A stretch of 64,000 nt of DNA from Cenococcum geophilum. Taxonomy: Eukaryota. Within the stretch, counting starts at the first letter, position 1, and each line of letters begins with the position of its first letter. The stretch lies in contig CP158635.1 of NCBI GenBank assembly GCA_050273025.1, positions 1,488,001 to 1,552,000 of the forward strand, written 5' to 3'. Below the pieces are notes generated by a model, which had not been told where the DNA came from, made no database searches, and saw nothing but the letters and a program-made list of their open reading frames with translations. This document shows, piece by piece, positions 12,880 through 26,500 of this stretch. Position numbers and translations under genes: made by a program.

Positions 12880-13210
12880 ATTATATCCCTTAAAAACCAT
12901 TGCTAGTCCGTCTTAGTAGGTTTTTAGCCTATCTTATTATATCCTTAAGAGCTTTAAGCTAAACGTCCTAGGCATTCCTTAGTATTTTAAGCTTCTTTAC
13001 TGTTCCCTTCTTAACCTCCTTACACTCTCTCCCTACGGCGTCCTTTAGTGCAGCAATCTGCTTTTCCGTCCCCTTTCTAAGTTTATTATATTAGTTCTGC
13101 GTAGTATTCTTTAGTATAGTTACCTACTTTACTATCCCGTCCTTAATTTCGGCTACCTGTTTCTCTAATGAAATTTAAACTAGATTAATTATTTGCTCTG
13201 CCGTACTCAT
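12880..13210 (-). pseudogene. Small coiled-coil hypothetical protein relic
   Basis: MSTAEQIINLV*ISLEKQVAEIKDGIVK*VTILKNTTQN*YNKLRKGTEKQIAALKDAVGREC... amphipathic, heptad-like pattern. Confidence 0.35.
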
Positions 13211-14879
13211 TATATAACTTTAAAGTGGGGGAGGTAGAGGTAGAGGTACGGTAAGGTCAGTTTAGTGGCCTTTTTTATGCTTTCCTCCCTAGTTTTAGGT
13301 AGTTAATAAATTTTTGGCGTCTTAAGTGGTCTTTAATATATATAATATTCTTATTAGGCTCTTCTATAAAAATAATATCTTGGATATTTCTCTTAGCCTT
13401 TACGGATTAGAATATACGTTATAGAAGTCATGCTTACTTTCTTACCTTTTCCTCTATCTTCGATTCCTTCTCTTACTATATCTTAAGTGGTATAACTAAG
13501 GAAGGTTGGCCTCCCTCTATAGGTGTGTTGGAGGTTAGTATATAATTAATTAAACTAGGGCCTAAATCGGGAGTATATATCGCCTTTAGTTGTTCCAAAT
13601 TAGATTTACTAGTGGCTTCTTACTATTATATAGGCATTATGGTTATTAGAGAGTTTTCTGCGCTATATATTAGCGTTAGTATCTATTAAGCCGGGTAAGA
13701 GGCTAAGTAAGAAGTGTCCCGCTCTTAAGAGGTGGGAGGATAGCTATTTATATACGGCGGAAGGCCAGTAAATGGCTAGACAAAGTAGTGTATAAGGCGC
13801 AGGCTGCTAAATATGGCGGATAACTAGCTAACGCCACTTATTTATACCTGCTATGATATTATATAACGCCTGGGGTTATAAGGCGCGTATATAGGTTTAA
13901 AAAAAGCCACTTTCTGCTTAAGTAGGCTAAGATATCCTATAGGGTTGCTATAGTATAAACTTTATTTAGATTAATAAATACATAATTCTTAACGGCTAAT
14001 TTATAGCTTATTAAACTTTTGCTTATATGCCTATAAGAATCCTCTTAAAGCCACTCCTATAGCTTCCTATCCTAAGTTTACTTCCCTTAATTTAGTATTT
14101 TTTTATCTATAAAGGATCCTAATTTAGTCCCTACGCCTATTTAGCGGGGGCTAATTTATAATACTCTCTCTTATATAAAAGTCCCGACCTTTTTAGAAAT
14201 ATTATTGCAATATATAACTATTCCGGATCGACACCGCCCAATTTTAAGAGAAGGGCCTTTTCGGTATCTGTCTACTTAAAACTATAGCCCTAGCGTTATA
14301 GCTTAATGTTATCCGCGAGGGGATTTATAATGGTAGGAGTAGGGATATAGAAGAATGGGATGTAGAGTTAGCGGTATTTAAGCAGAGTGGGAGTTTTCCT
14401 ATAATTGCTGCTAATGAAATTAGGTTGCTCGCTAGTGATGCTAGATTTAGTGCTAGATGTTAGTAATAGTAGTATTTAGCTTAGGTAGTGCTCTACTCTT
14501 TTAAGGTAGTTATATTAAAGGCAATATATAGTTTCTATTTTGCCCGGGAACTTTTTTACAATAGCGACCTTATTATATAGGTTACCTTTTATAGAGATAA
14601 GAATTTTATCTTCCTTATATGTCTAGTATATGCCTTTTAAGGGAAGATTAGAGCAGCCTAAAAGGCATAGACTAGGGGGAAGGGGCTAATCAATTTTACG
14701 ATTATTGCTGCTGTATAAACTGTAATAGTAATAAGTAAAATACTTTAGAGCTAGCAAGGTAGGGTGCGTATAATTCGTATCTTAATATATATTGGAGTGG
14801 TGTATATAACTTAAGTATTACGGCAATCGATTTAAATCTAACTAAGCTCGCTCTTAAATTTAATAGGTCTGTATCTTAA

Positions 14880-16099
14880 TTATTTAACTATATTATACTA
14901 GGCCTTTAATCGCTAGAGGTGGCATAACGGTACTCTAGTTGATAATTATTCTTTATTAACCCTAGCTTTTATGCAATTTGATCCTAACTAAACCCTTTAT
15001 TAACCATCTATTTTAATAAGTTTATTTTTAAGGCATCCTTCCACTTTAACATTCTAAAGTATTTTAGGAACTTTTAGTTAAATATACGCGAAGGAAAGAA
15101 TAATAGAACGAACGGAAAGAGTATGGGCGTATTAACTTGTTTAAGGAAACACTTAATATATTACTGGTAATGCTAGATTCCCTACTAATTATAATATTAG
15201 GATTGCTAAGTCCTAGCGATAATAAAAGGTTGCACTTATTTAGATAATAATTCTTATAATTTGTTATAATTGTATCTAGATAAGACTCTATAATCCTCTC
15301 CCACGTTTCTTCCTTTTTTTGTTTATCCGGTTGCGTATAGTAAGTATTATCGCGATACTTCTTTCCGCCTAGACGACTTTATAAAGAAGTATTTGTAGAT
15401 GGCTTGCTAATAGTAGGAGAGGAGATAAGCGTTGTATTTCTGTTAGTAGAAGGCTTGCCGCTCTTAGGAGAATGTCTAGCCGTATTATACTATATTAGGC
15501 ATTAGTAGGGTAAGAATTAGGTAAGTACTAGTAGTACGAACTATTAACGCGTGTGTTTGTTAAGGGTATATTAGCGCGAGGTTAACTAATTCTAAATTAG
15601 TTAAGGCTAGCAAAGGTAAAGACTTTAATCTTAAAGGTAGTAAGTCTGTGTTAGAGTTGCGGCTATTAGGATAGGAGCTAGCTATGTTCTACTTTATTAG
15701 GTATTAGTAAAGTAATTAAAGAGGGAGTATTAACAGTACGAACTATTTATACATGTGTTCTCTAAGGATATATTAGTACAAGACTAACTAATTCTAAAAC
15801 CCCTAAGTCTGGTAATAGTAAATACTCTAATTTTAAAGGTAGTAAACCTATAATAGGGTTGCGGCTATTAGGATAAAACCTGGCCGTGTTATACTATATT
15901 GGGTATTAGTAGAGTAATTAATTAATTAGAGAGCATCGGCAGTATAAACTGTTAACGCGTATATCTGCTAAGTATCTAGTGTTGCGAAGTTAATTGGTAG
16001 TGTTAAAGGTAGGGAGATTAATATTAAAGCTTTTAGTAGCGTTAATCTCTTAGGCGCTTGCAGTGGTGTAACTAAGCAAATTAGACTTCTAATATCCAT
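14880..16099 (-). pseudogene. Gene with tandemly duplicated exon/intron units and a C-terminal Myb/SANT-like domain
   Basis: ATG 16099 (MDIRSLIC...). Three 150-nt exons separated by paralogous phase-0 introns 15894-15949, 15692-15743 and 15490-15541. The C-terminus reads WKDALKINLLK*MVNKGFS*DQIA*KLGLIKNNYQLEYRY, de-RIP W...E..LL..MV..G.SWDQIA..LG.T...C..EY, a Myb-like helix-turn-helix pattern. Confidence 0.55.
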
Positions 16100-17503
16100 T
16101 TTTTGGGCTTTAGGTTGGTTAAGTGTTAATAGTAAGAAAGAGGGATGGTTATAGAATATTAGGGCAGAGACGAGAGTTATTTTATAAATATATTTACTGG
16201 CTAACGGGCTACTAAGCGGCTGAATTAAAGCGAAGATATTAGTGGTATGGATTCTTATCTACCATAGGGGCACTAATTTTGGATTGTCTGGCTGTATAAA
16301 CTAGATGCTCTATAATAGCGTAAGCCAACTAATTTAGGGGCGTAAAGATTTTATTATAATTATATACCGGAATCTATTACTAAACACTCTACTAAATAGT
16401 ATAAAAAGTAGCTACTATAAATATAAATGCTATAACCTACCTAGTTAAATCACCACATTATGATTTCCGGTGCCTATAATAGCCTAGCATTCTTTATACC
16501 CTTTTCCTTAATATATTCGCGCTAGCTTGATAGAATTATTTTCGCTTTCTCCTATAGCTAAATTAAAGTAGCTATAGTGTATTTAAGATTAAACTTACTT
16601 AAAGTTTGATAGTCTTAGTAATATTAAATAGCGACAGATAAAACTTATCTAAGTAGAGAAAATGCTCTAGCAATTTGGATTTATTTTCCTTTATAATATT
16701 ACAGAACAAATGCCGTTCCTCTAGGGTGAAAAAGTGTATTATTCTGTAACTGGTATATTCTACATTATATTTATCTACGTTATTAACTTAAAGAAGTTTA
16801 CACTAAAGTTAGAAGAAGTTGTTGGGTTAAGGTGCCCTTTAGTAGCCTTTTAGATAGGATAGTTGACGGATAAAAGGAGGACTTTTAATTACTGGGCTTG
16901 TGGTTTAATGAGCTAGGGTTGGCTTAGGAACAGCTTTTTCTAGATCTGTCTTGACGAATAATATGGTATTTAGGCGAGATTCCTTAACTAAGGTACTGTA
17001 GCTAAAATCTTAGTTTAATTTGGAAGCTAGTATAATAAGTAGCTAGATATAGTAGATAAAGGAATCGACAGCCGGCATAAATAAGCTAGAGATTAAAATA
17101 AAGCAATTTATGCTAAAGAGTGAATGGCTAGTAAATAGGGCAAATTAGAGCATAGTTTAAGAGCCGCAAGGAGATAAATATAGGGAGGAAATTAGGGCAA
17201 TAAGAAGGTAACCGTATATACTTAGCATTACTGGGCGAAACTAGCTATATATTAGCTCTCTCTATGCTTTATTAATGCGATATATAAATCGCTATATTTA
17301 GTATATCGTTTACAATTAACCTAAGAACTATTAGATAATATAAAAGTGGAAATTAGCCCTAAGGGGGAACACAGATCTTACTGGAAGATCTATATATAGG
17401 AGGCGCTGGATATAGACTTAACAAATTAGAGCTATTGCTACTAGTAGTTAAAATCGGAGCCTCGCTTTTAAAAGTTGCTTTAGTCTATCCTATTAGCGAG
17501 TCG

Positions 17504-17638
17504 CTGTATATAGTAGCCAGCGACCTATATATAGTAGCTAATGACTTATAAATAGTGGCCAGCGGCCTGAATATAGTGGCTAGCGACCTGTAAAAAGTGG
17601 CCAATAACCTGTAAATAGTGGCCAGCGACCTGTATATA
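17504..17638. repeat. 21-bp tandem repeat, about 6.5 copies (CTGTAWATAGTGGCCAGCGAC)
   Basis: Directly visible. Triplet period suggests a heptapeptide repeat in a degraded minus-strand gene. Confidence 0.85.
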
Positions 17639-19544
17639 ATGGGAAAAATAAAACTTGCTACGAATTTTGAGTTTAGAGTAGCCTTATAGCTCGTTCGTGT
17701 CTATATATGGGAATTACCTTTCTCCTTAACCTAGGACGGAAGAAGTTATAGTCGCCGAGATTATATAGTCTTACTTTAGCTCCTTAGCTACTCCGAATAT
17801 ATATAGAGATTATATATGCCAGGCGTTTGTTTCTTAGCTGCTATACTTTACTTCTCTCCTTTATCTTACGCTCGTATTAGAGTAATCTTTCTAAATGGTC
17901 TAGTATTATAGCCCTTTTCCTACTCTCCCTAACGCTTTACCTCCTTATTCCTGTGACCTAGCTGACTAGGAAAATCCACTATCCCTTATTTTGGTACCTT
18001 ATGCGGCAATTTGGGCACCTTATCTCTTATAAGCTCTAAATTTACTCGTTTTCTCTATCTATTGTCCTAGGCCAGATCCCCTAACCTTAAATCTTAATCT
18101 TTAGACTTTAAACCCTGTTGCACGTATATTCCCCGCCTTGGTACTTTAAATATTAAATTATATATAGTGGACTTAATATCGTTCTAAACTAGATCTTAAA
18201 TATTAACCTAGACTAAATATACACCAGATATTTCCTATAATAATATTCTCTAACTTAACAACAAAGCTTTACAGGTTTTTGTTAGTGAAAGTGTATTAGT
18301 AAATCTGTATCGTTAATAACGTTTTATTTAAAAGTTTGCCATCTTTAGAGCTGCTTAACTTAAGCTATAATATGTACTTAGTTATATTTAAATATACACC
18401 AAAAGAACGTCTGGAACTATTTCCAGTTAGAGATATTAATTTTTTGCATCTAGAGGAAGCGGTAGTAAGATAACTATTGGCCTACTTAGTTTCGTATACA
18501 CTAAAATTAGAGGGTAGGATATATGGAAGAAGATAGCTATTAAATAAGTACGGAGTCTTAATTAGAAGCTGCGTATAGAGTGTCCTAACTATTAAAAGTA
18601 AGCCGCCTAAAGAAAAGTCTTATAGGTAAGGACTTTTTACTAGTTTAGGTAAGAGCACCTATTATATTACTAGATTTCTAGAACCAAGTTTTATTTAGCT
18701 AAGGTGCTATACTTAAGACTAATTATGGAGTTATAGCGAGATAGTATTGGTAGAGCAGCTTTTAGGCATGTAATTAGTTATAATTAGTGTGATATTACGT
18801 TTACTATTATAAAAAATAATTCTATAGCTGCTACGTGATTTTAACTTACCTTTTAGATAAAGGGAGGCGGGAATACGTAATGGAAACAAGGTGTTCTATA
18901 TAATGGCCTATGGCGATTACTAGGCGAATTTAGACTTGCTCTGTTATAGCGGATAATTACTTATGCCTTCTTATTAAGAACCCCAGTTTAATTACATTAA
19001 TTTCTATCTTTATAGGCGAAATCGACTTTATAAGGTAACAAAGAAAGCTATACTTTTAATCTAATCCGATCCGACTCTAAACTTAATACTTATATTAATT
19101 GCGTCTTGCGAGCTTGTTTCTAAATCTACATTAAAACTGCCACTTAAGTTATATATATATACCTACGGCGCTAAATTTTAAGGCGAAAAGGCAATTTGTA
19201 GCTTAAAATAATTAGGTATTTATACTCCGCTATTTTTAGTTAACCTAAGCGCAGTTATCGCATATTCTATCTATTATTTATACCGCGAATATGTTTTTAA
19301 GTTAATGCGAATAGCGCTTTAATTTCTTAATAGTTTATACATTTCCTATTTTAGCTGTTAGCGTATATTTTAGTTAAAGATATTTTATAGCAGTAAAATA
19401 TTACTAGTGGTATAGTACGCCTTGCTGCTTAACTAGTTAGGAGCCTAGCGGTAGGCTTAGCGAGCGTACCCGAAGCCTTACTTTTTTCTTAAAAAGTATT
19501 TTAAATATAGGTTTAATCGGATATCATCTCTCTTTTTCGCCCTA

Positions 19545-19605
19545 CTTCCCATCCTTCTCTCTTTTCTCTCTCTTTCTCTCTCTCTCTCTTTTCTCTCTTT
19601 CTCTC
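19545..19605. repeat. (CT)n-type pyrimidine microsatellite
   Basis: ccttctctcttttctctctctttctctctctctctcttttctctctttctctc, just upstream of a degraded plus-strand frame. Confidence 0.85.
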
Positions 19606-22314
19606 GCAACTACTAGAATGTAGTGGGTATATATAGTCTATTTATAATCTATAAGAAGCGGACCGCAAATATACCTCCCGCAGCTAAATTTCCCTCTTTA
19701 CTCAACTTCTCCTAGGCTATAGTAACGCTAGGGGGGGAGCATTTTAAAATTTTCTGCAATATGTACAACGACCTAAATATCGCACGTAACTTAACTACGC
19801 CCCACCAAGATAACTCCTTACTTTTAAACTAGTATAAGCGCGTTAGCAACTAAGCTATAGATACACAGAGTATATAGATATAAGCGCTCGGACTTAAATA
19901 GACGCTCTTTTTACTAACCGATCTAAGCGAGGCTATATGCACTTTATAGTCTAAAGGCGCCCTTTACCTAAAAGGGGTTATTAAGAATAAATCCCTAAGT
20001 AATATTATTAGGGAGGATATTATTATTAATGATATAGCCTATGGCCTTTTAACTCTCTTAAAGTTAATTAAACGCTAATATACTTATAGGTTGTCCGTTT
20101 AATACTCTTTTACACTTAAAAGTCATTCTATATTACAGACTATTTGCCTTATAAGTTTAATAGAATATCCTCTAAACTCGGCCGAGACCTACGATTTAAG
20201 GGAAATCCTAAAATTACTGCAGTATAGTGTATGGCCTTTTTAGGTAATAAAGTAACCTTTATAATGGATATTGGTAAAGGTTCTTAAGAGCAACTAATAG
20301 AAGAAAGGGTAACCTTTATTATAGAACTAGGTAATATATATATATTACTTTAATCTAGTTAATATTAAATGTTTTAATCTTAAGCTAGATTTTTGCGTAA
20401 CTTTTGGCTATTATATACTTTATCTAGTATTAAGGAACAAGGCGAAGCATAAGTAGTGTTTATTTACTATCTTTATGCTAATAAATCTCTTCCGGAAAAG
20501 GAAGTTAATAAAGAACACGCTAAACGAGCCGATAGACTAGCTGATTAAATACTTAGTCTAGGCCAAAAGGACTGTCTTGGACAACGTAAAAAAAGTTAAT
20601 TTGTTATTTAGAAACCGAACAACAAAGACTAAGAGTAAAGACTTAGGTATATGAAGTTATAGCATTATATTCTTAGGGGCTATTGCCTTTATTTAAATTG
20701 ATTTTAATGAAAACTATATATAATTAGTTTGAATTACCTTTAAAGCGGGTAGCTAAACGTTACGGCTATACGTGATTAATGCTTGCTTTTAACCAGAATG
20801 GTAATAACGCAATTTCCGTTAAGTAGTGGGGTACTGTATAGCCCTACCTTCCAAAACGGGAATTTGTGTGTTGGGCGCCAATATTTTTATATTCTTTTTT
20901 CTTTATATAACTACTTACTCTTTATCGCAACCCATCCTAATATTTAACTTGCTTTATGTTCCTATAAAACAGTTACAATAGGTAAAGAGCAAACTAAGTA
21001 TATTTAAGTAAAGAAGTTTATATAGGGCTATATTCTAACTTTAGCTCGTTAGCTCTCCCTCTTTTAGCTATAAATTTATACCTGCGTCCTTTAACCTGTA
21101 GATGGCATTTTAAAATAAGGTAGCGGAAGACATTCTACTATTATATATAAATAGTAGAGATTATAGAAGAAGGTGTTAAGGATCTATCTAATAAGAAGCT
21201 TAAGGAGAAAGCCTCTAACTTGGTAATTCCCATTATAACTTATAGAGATATATATTTGCTAAGAAATATATAGTATAAAGTAAAGGTTAAGATAGATATA
21301 AATGATACGGTTAGCAATAATAATTTGGTTATAGATAATAGTATTTTTGTGGTCTTTATAAGGAAACAAAGTAAGGAAGAAGCCGTAGTAGCATTCCCGT
21401 ATAATTTAATTGCTATAGGCCTAGGAAAAATAGGCTGGGCTATAGTTCGCGTAGAGAGAAGTTTTATGCTTTTTAGGAATCCTTTAGTGCGGTTTTTCCG
21501 TTAGATTTAATTCTGCGTACTATAGCAAATTAAAAGCAAATTTTATTAAAAATGCTACTGTTATACCCTTACCTAGAGCTATTGTTGGGTATCCTCCCTT
21601 AATAGGCTATGGAAAAACTAACTCTAGAGCCTTAGAGTAATTAAACTTTGCACTGTAAAATTCTAAGAGCTGCTGTACTATAACAGGGAATCTGGCGGCT
21701 CTATATTGAGGGTTAATAGACAAGCTTTACCGCGGCGATAAGTGGTGAGATTCTGAAATATATCTTTGCGGTAGGGCCTCTCCTATATAATTTAAGGAGT
21801 AACCTAAACCTATTATTTAAATCTCTATATTTAGGAGTGCTTCGGCATCTTAATTAAGTTCCCTAAGGGCGATAGGCTATTTATCCGTTAAGGAAGTAGG
21901 TTTACTTAAGGCTTTTAAATTTAGGTACTCCTGAGCTTAGCTATCTAAAATTGGCAAGGAGTTATAAAGTACTAGTACCTATTAGCTATAGCGTACTGTA
22001 TAGTGGGATAGGAGCTAGCTTATAGCTTTTATTACGTCTTTAGCGTTTCGCGGTTTGTGGGTTTATATTAAGACTATTAGAGACCCAGTTACCTTAAAGT
22101 AGAGAGTAATTGAAATTGAGCCTAGTACTAAGAAAGTATTAGTCTTGTGAGAAAACCTTATGATTTTGGCTGCTAGTAGAAATAGCGCTACTATCTAAGG
22201 TAGTTAAAGAGCTTAGTAAACGCTTCTCTTAAATAGAGGTTGAAGATTGCTTATATATTACTAATTAATAGATTAATATTAGTAAATAAAAGAGTGGGTT
22301 ATTTTAAATACGTA

Positions 22315-22565
22315 TATCTTGGCTGAGGCTCTACTAGCTAAGTATTTTCTAGCTAAGGCTCCTCTAGCTAAGGGCTTTCTGACTAAGGCTTTATTAGCTA
22401 ATGCTTTACTAACTAGGGCTCTATTAGCTGGGGATTTTCTAGTTAAGGTTTTGCTGGCTAAGGATTTATTAGCTAAGGCCTTGCTGGCTAGGGCTTTAGC
22501 GGTTAGAGATTTTCTAGCTAAAGATTTATAGGCTGGGGCTTTACTGGCTAAAACTTTTGCGGTAG
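22315..22565 (-). repeat. 15-bp coding repeat, about 16 copies, encoding (PQPxx)n on the minus strand
   Basis: Units such as CTGGCTAAGGCTTTG. Minus frame KP*PARP*LINP*P corresponds to PQP repeats with CAG>TAG. C-terminal part of a degraded gene divergent from DUF3723. Confidence 0.75.
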
Positions 22566-23592
22566 GATCTTTACTCCTATTAGGTTTTCGTATTTATCTA
22601 GGTGCTGGCTTTTACGATATTAACTAATTATTTTTAAAGTTTTATATTGCTTTTTATAGGCTGCATAATAACAATTTTCTAGCCGATTATAGTAGGTAGC
22701 GTGGAGAGTATATGGCGGTTCTGCCGTTACTAGGTAGCGGGTATGTCTTAGAAGGGAAGTTATTGCTGTAAAACGGGAGGCGTACCCCTTAACTATGCAT
22801 TAGAACTGCCCGTTAGACTTATTTACTTTCTTTTTTCATAGGTATAGAGGCACCTCTGTAGCATTTTCTAGAATGTCGGTTTCCTCTTTAGAGCTAGAGT
22901 TAGTATTAGATTTAGAATCTTCTAGTTATAATAAGCCTGGATTTTTATAAGTATATTTAGGAGACTTTGTTATAGAAGTCTAATCTATTACTTAATAAGT
23001 ATATAATTTGGTTGTAGGATATAAGTTAAAACACTTTCTTACTATTTCCTTGGTTTTAAAGATGATCTATTATAATAACGATAACGTAAAAAATATATAG
23101 TAGGAGTTTTAAGGGAAACGGAGACGGAGACGGAGACGGATTTATACTTATATTGTTCCAACACAAATATCTATACGGCTATTAATAAGGGTTAGGGGAT
23201 TTAAAAGCGCTTGGCTTAACAAACTATTAACTAGTTGTTTTATATTCTGGCATATAAGCTACTCTCCGTAACTGCTTTCTTAGTATAGTTTAATAAACTA
23301 CGCCTTAAATATAGGAGAATTAACACACTATTGGAGGCAGTGCTTAGTCGATTTTCTAGAAAACGAATTTGGGATCTAGTTTAGCGATGCTGGATTGGAA
23401 AAATCGAAATCTAGATTTAAGAAACCAAATTCCAGGATCCTTAAACCCTGAATTTTTTATACTTTTAGATATACGCGGTTTTTAGAGTAGCGGATAACAT
23501 TTCGCCCTCTTTTAATCTTTTATAAACTAGGCTTACATTATAACTACTTTTAAGATTTTTTACAGCTCGTACTGCACTTAGAAGAAGAGGTA

Positions 23593-26500
23593 ATAGTAAT
23601 AGATACGCTAGATAAAGACTTTATAGCTATTAAAGCGTAGTGTTTTAGAGGGGTTATAAAGATTAACCTTAGGGTACTTAATTTCGGGCATCCTTTAGCG
23701 CGTAAATATTATCGTGGGCCGTTTAAAAAAAAGTTATAGTTCTAAAAAATATTTTTAAGAGAACTAGTTACGATTGATTAACTAAGGAACATTTTATTAA
23801 GGCTATTGTAGATAATAACGCACTTATAGATGCCCTTAGGGTCTCTAGTATTAATAAGAATATACTTTATTAGAAGGAAGACACTATAAAGATTCCCTAC
23901 CTTCCTATAACCTGTTAATTGCCTTAATAAATTATACCGCATCTGTGCTACTAAGCAAGTTCTAGATCTAAATAATTAATGGTGGACTGTTAAGCTTTAC
24001 TCTAAGCGTAAGTTTTAATATTTATACCCCTTATAAGTGTCTAACGTAATTTCCAGAACTCTCTTTAAACGCTTTAATAAATATTATAGAGGCCTTTAGA
24101 AACGAGCAGCCCTTTTTAGACGGAGAAATATTTTATAAGATCTTATATTATTGTTAAAGAAACGATAATAAATTAGAGAACCGATGGCGGAGTCGGCTCA
24201 CAGCCACAAAAGAGAAAGATTTATGGTAGCTGTTAAAGAATAAGCGCTTTTAAGATGCATTTTACGCACTTAATAATATACCGGAACTCTTTTACCTAAT
24301 TCAGCTAGGCACTCTATATTATTTTCTAGGTTTAAAGTGTAACGAGATATGTTTCTAAACTGTATATATGCTCTTACTTATATATATTTAGGAGATCCTC
24401 AATTCTCTTAAGCATATTTTAATTATTTGGAATTAAATTCTAGGCCATGAAACTATTCTAGGCCGTAAAACTATTTTACCCCATAAAACTTTAAATATCT
24501 CATTTTCTGCTATTGATGCCCTTATGTTATAGAAACTGGAGCTTTACGTATCTACTATCTCCGAAAGAGACCGGATTTCCATTAAAAGTTAGATGTAATT
24601 AAAAATAATATTTCCTACTATTACAGACTTCTATAAGAGAGATGCGCTTTTTAAGAATATTTTATTAGTTCCTTACTTAATATCTACTCTACGTAGTTGT
24701 TTTAAAAATTTAAAGTATCTTAAACCTTATTATACTATCCTTAAACAACTCCTAGGCTCTAATTAAAAACGTACCATCTAGCGTAGCTTTTCAGCTGTCT
24801 ATTTTTGTTTTGAAAATCTTAATGTTAAATATCTAGAGGACTAGATAACACCGCTATCCCTAACAACATTTAAGGGGGATAAATGGTTGGGTTATGTTAC
24901 ACTATAGGCGTTTTGCATGCGTTATTTTCCTAAAATAACGTCTATGGCCCCTAAAAAGGAGTAGGGCAAACAAAAACCCGTTATTAAAGAGCTAAATCCA
25001 GCTCTTTGGTATAAACTAGGAAATCTTGCCATTATTCTAGGTTTTCGCATAGATTAGGCCCTTAAACTGCAGAAACAGAATCCTAATAGGGAACTCGCTA
25101 TCCATTTTCTTAAGCAAGCAAAGCCTGGTTATGGGGATAATATTAGTAGACCTATATTTTAGGTTACGCAAGTGCTAAAGTTAATAAAGCATTCCTATAG
25201 AGAACGACAGCTTCCTTAGTTTACCTCCGAGGTAAAGTTACTTAGTGATTATCGCTGTGGCTAACCTTTTAAGGATGACCATGTTAAGGATTAGTCCTCC
25301 TTATTTATTCTATTAATCTTCTTTATAGACTATATTTAAGGCACTAAAATAACTTTATTTTATGTTAAGCGTGACTTATATTATAGCTTTCTTAAAAGTA
25401 GCACCTAATAGGTAAGGCGTTGGATATCAAAATCTGAATACTTATTAATAATTTAAAGTTCGATTTCCTAGAAACGTTGACTTCTTTTTATGGGTATACT
25501 AACGCTAACTATATCCCTAGAGCTCCTCTAGCTGTATTATAAAGAGACTTATTAGCCTAAAAGGTGGAACAGCTTAAGGATATTAAGCGTTAGTTACATG
25601 CTAAGATTAAAAGCCTAAAAGGAGAGTTATAGAAAGAGAGAGATTCTAAGGGAGATATAAGAAGATAGTATAAACAGGACTTAACTATAGAGAGAGATAA
25701 GAATCGGCAGCTATAAAACAAGGTTAGAGATCTTAAAAGACTTTATTAAGACGTAGTATAAGATGTCTAATGAGAAAAGGCTAAATTGGGGGAAGCGGAG
25801 ATAAAAATCTAAAATTAGTAAATTCGGATTAGTGAACTTGAAAATTCTAACGATATTAATAATTTTATAAGTTATTACTCTAATAAAGATGTTAGTGTGC
25901 CAAATCTGTAAGAGACCATTTTCCTACTAGAGAAAAAGATAGAGTTAATAATAAGATATAAAGAAGCTTTAAATATAGAATTAGCGAAGTAAAGGTAATT
26001 ATTAGAGGGATATATTAAGTAGACCGTATTCTTTAAAGCAGAAAATTCTAAGCTATAGGTCTAGCTAGCAACTTAGAAAATAGAAAAAGACGAATTAACC
26101 TCTAAGCTTTAAAAAAATAAAGTAAGTATTTAAACTATTATTTAATCCCAAGATATAGAAGTTTAAGTTAATTTGTTAACTATATGGGACCGTGCTAAAG
26201 ATAAATATATTACTTAATTAAGGAACACGTAAGCCCAGCTAGAGGCTAAAATAAATCAACTTAGAGCAAGCTTTAAAGCAGAAAATGGCAGACTATAAGC
26301 CCAACTTATAGCCTAAAAAAGAGAGAAAGATGAACTAATATCTAAGCTTTAAATAAGAAGAGTATAAATGCAGGATTTTGGTGTCTAAACTATTATTTAA
26401 TCCCCAGATGGAGAAGTTTAGGCTAATTTAATAACTATATGGGACCGTGCTAAAGATAAATAGATTACTTAATTAACGAATAGGTTAGCCTAGCTGCAGA

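Noticed and set aside
17504..17638. CRISPR-like array (also considered for 2065-2198 and 3726-3975)
   Set aside because: Head-to-tail repeats without unique spacers, in eukaryotic intron-containing DNA with no cas genes.
22319..22531. Plus-strand LLAKA pentapeptide-repeat protein
   Set aside because: Better explained as the antisense of a RIP'd (PQPxx)n repeat on the minus strand.
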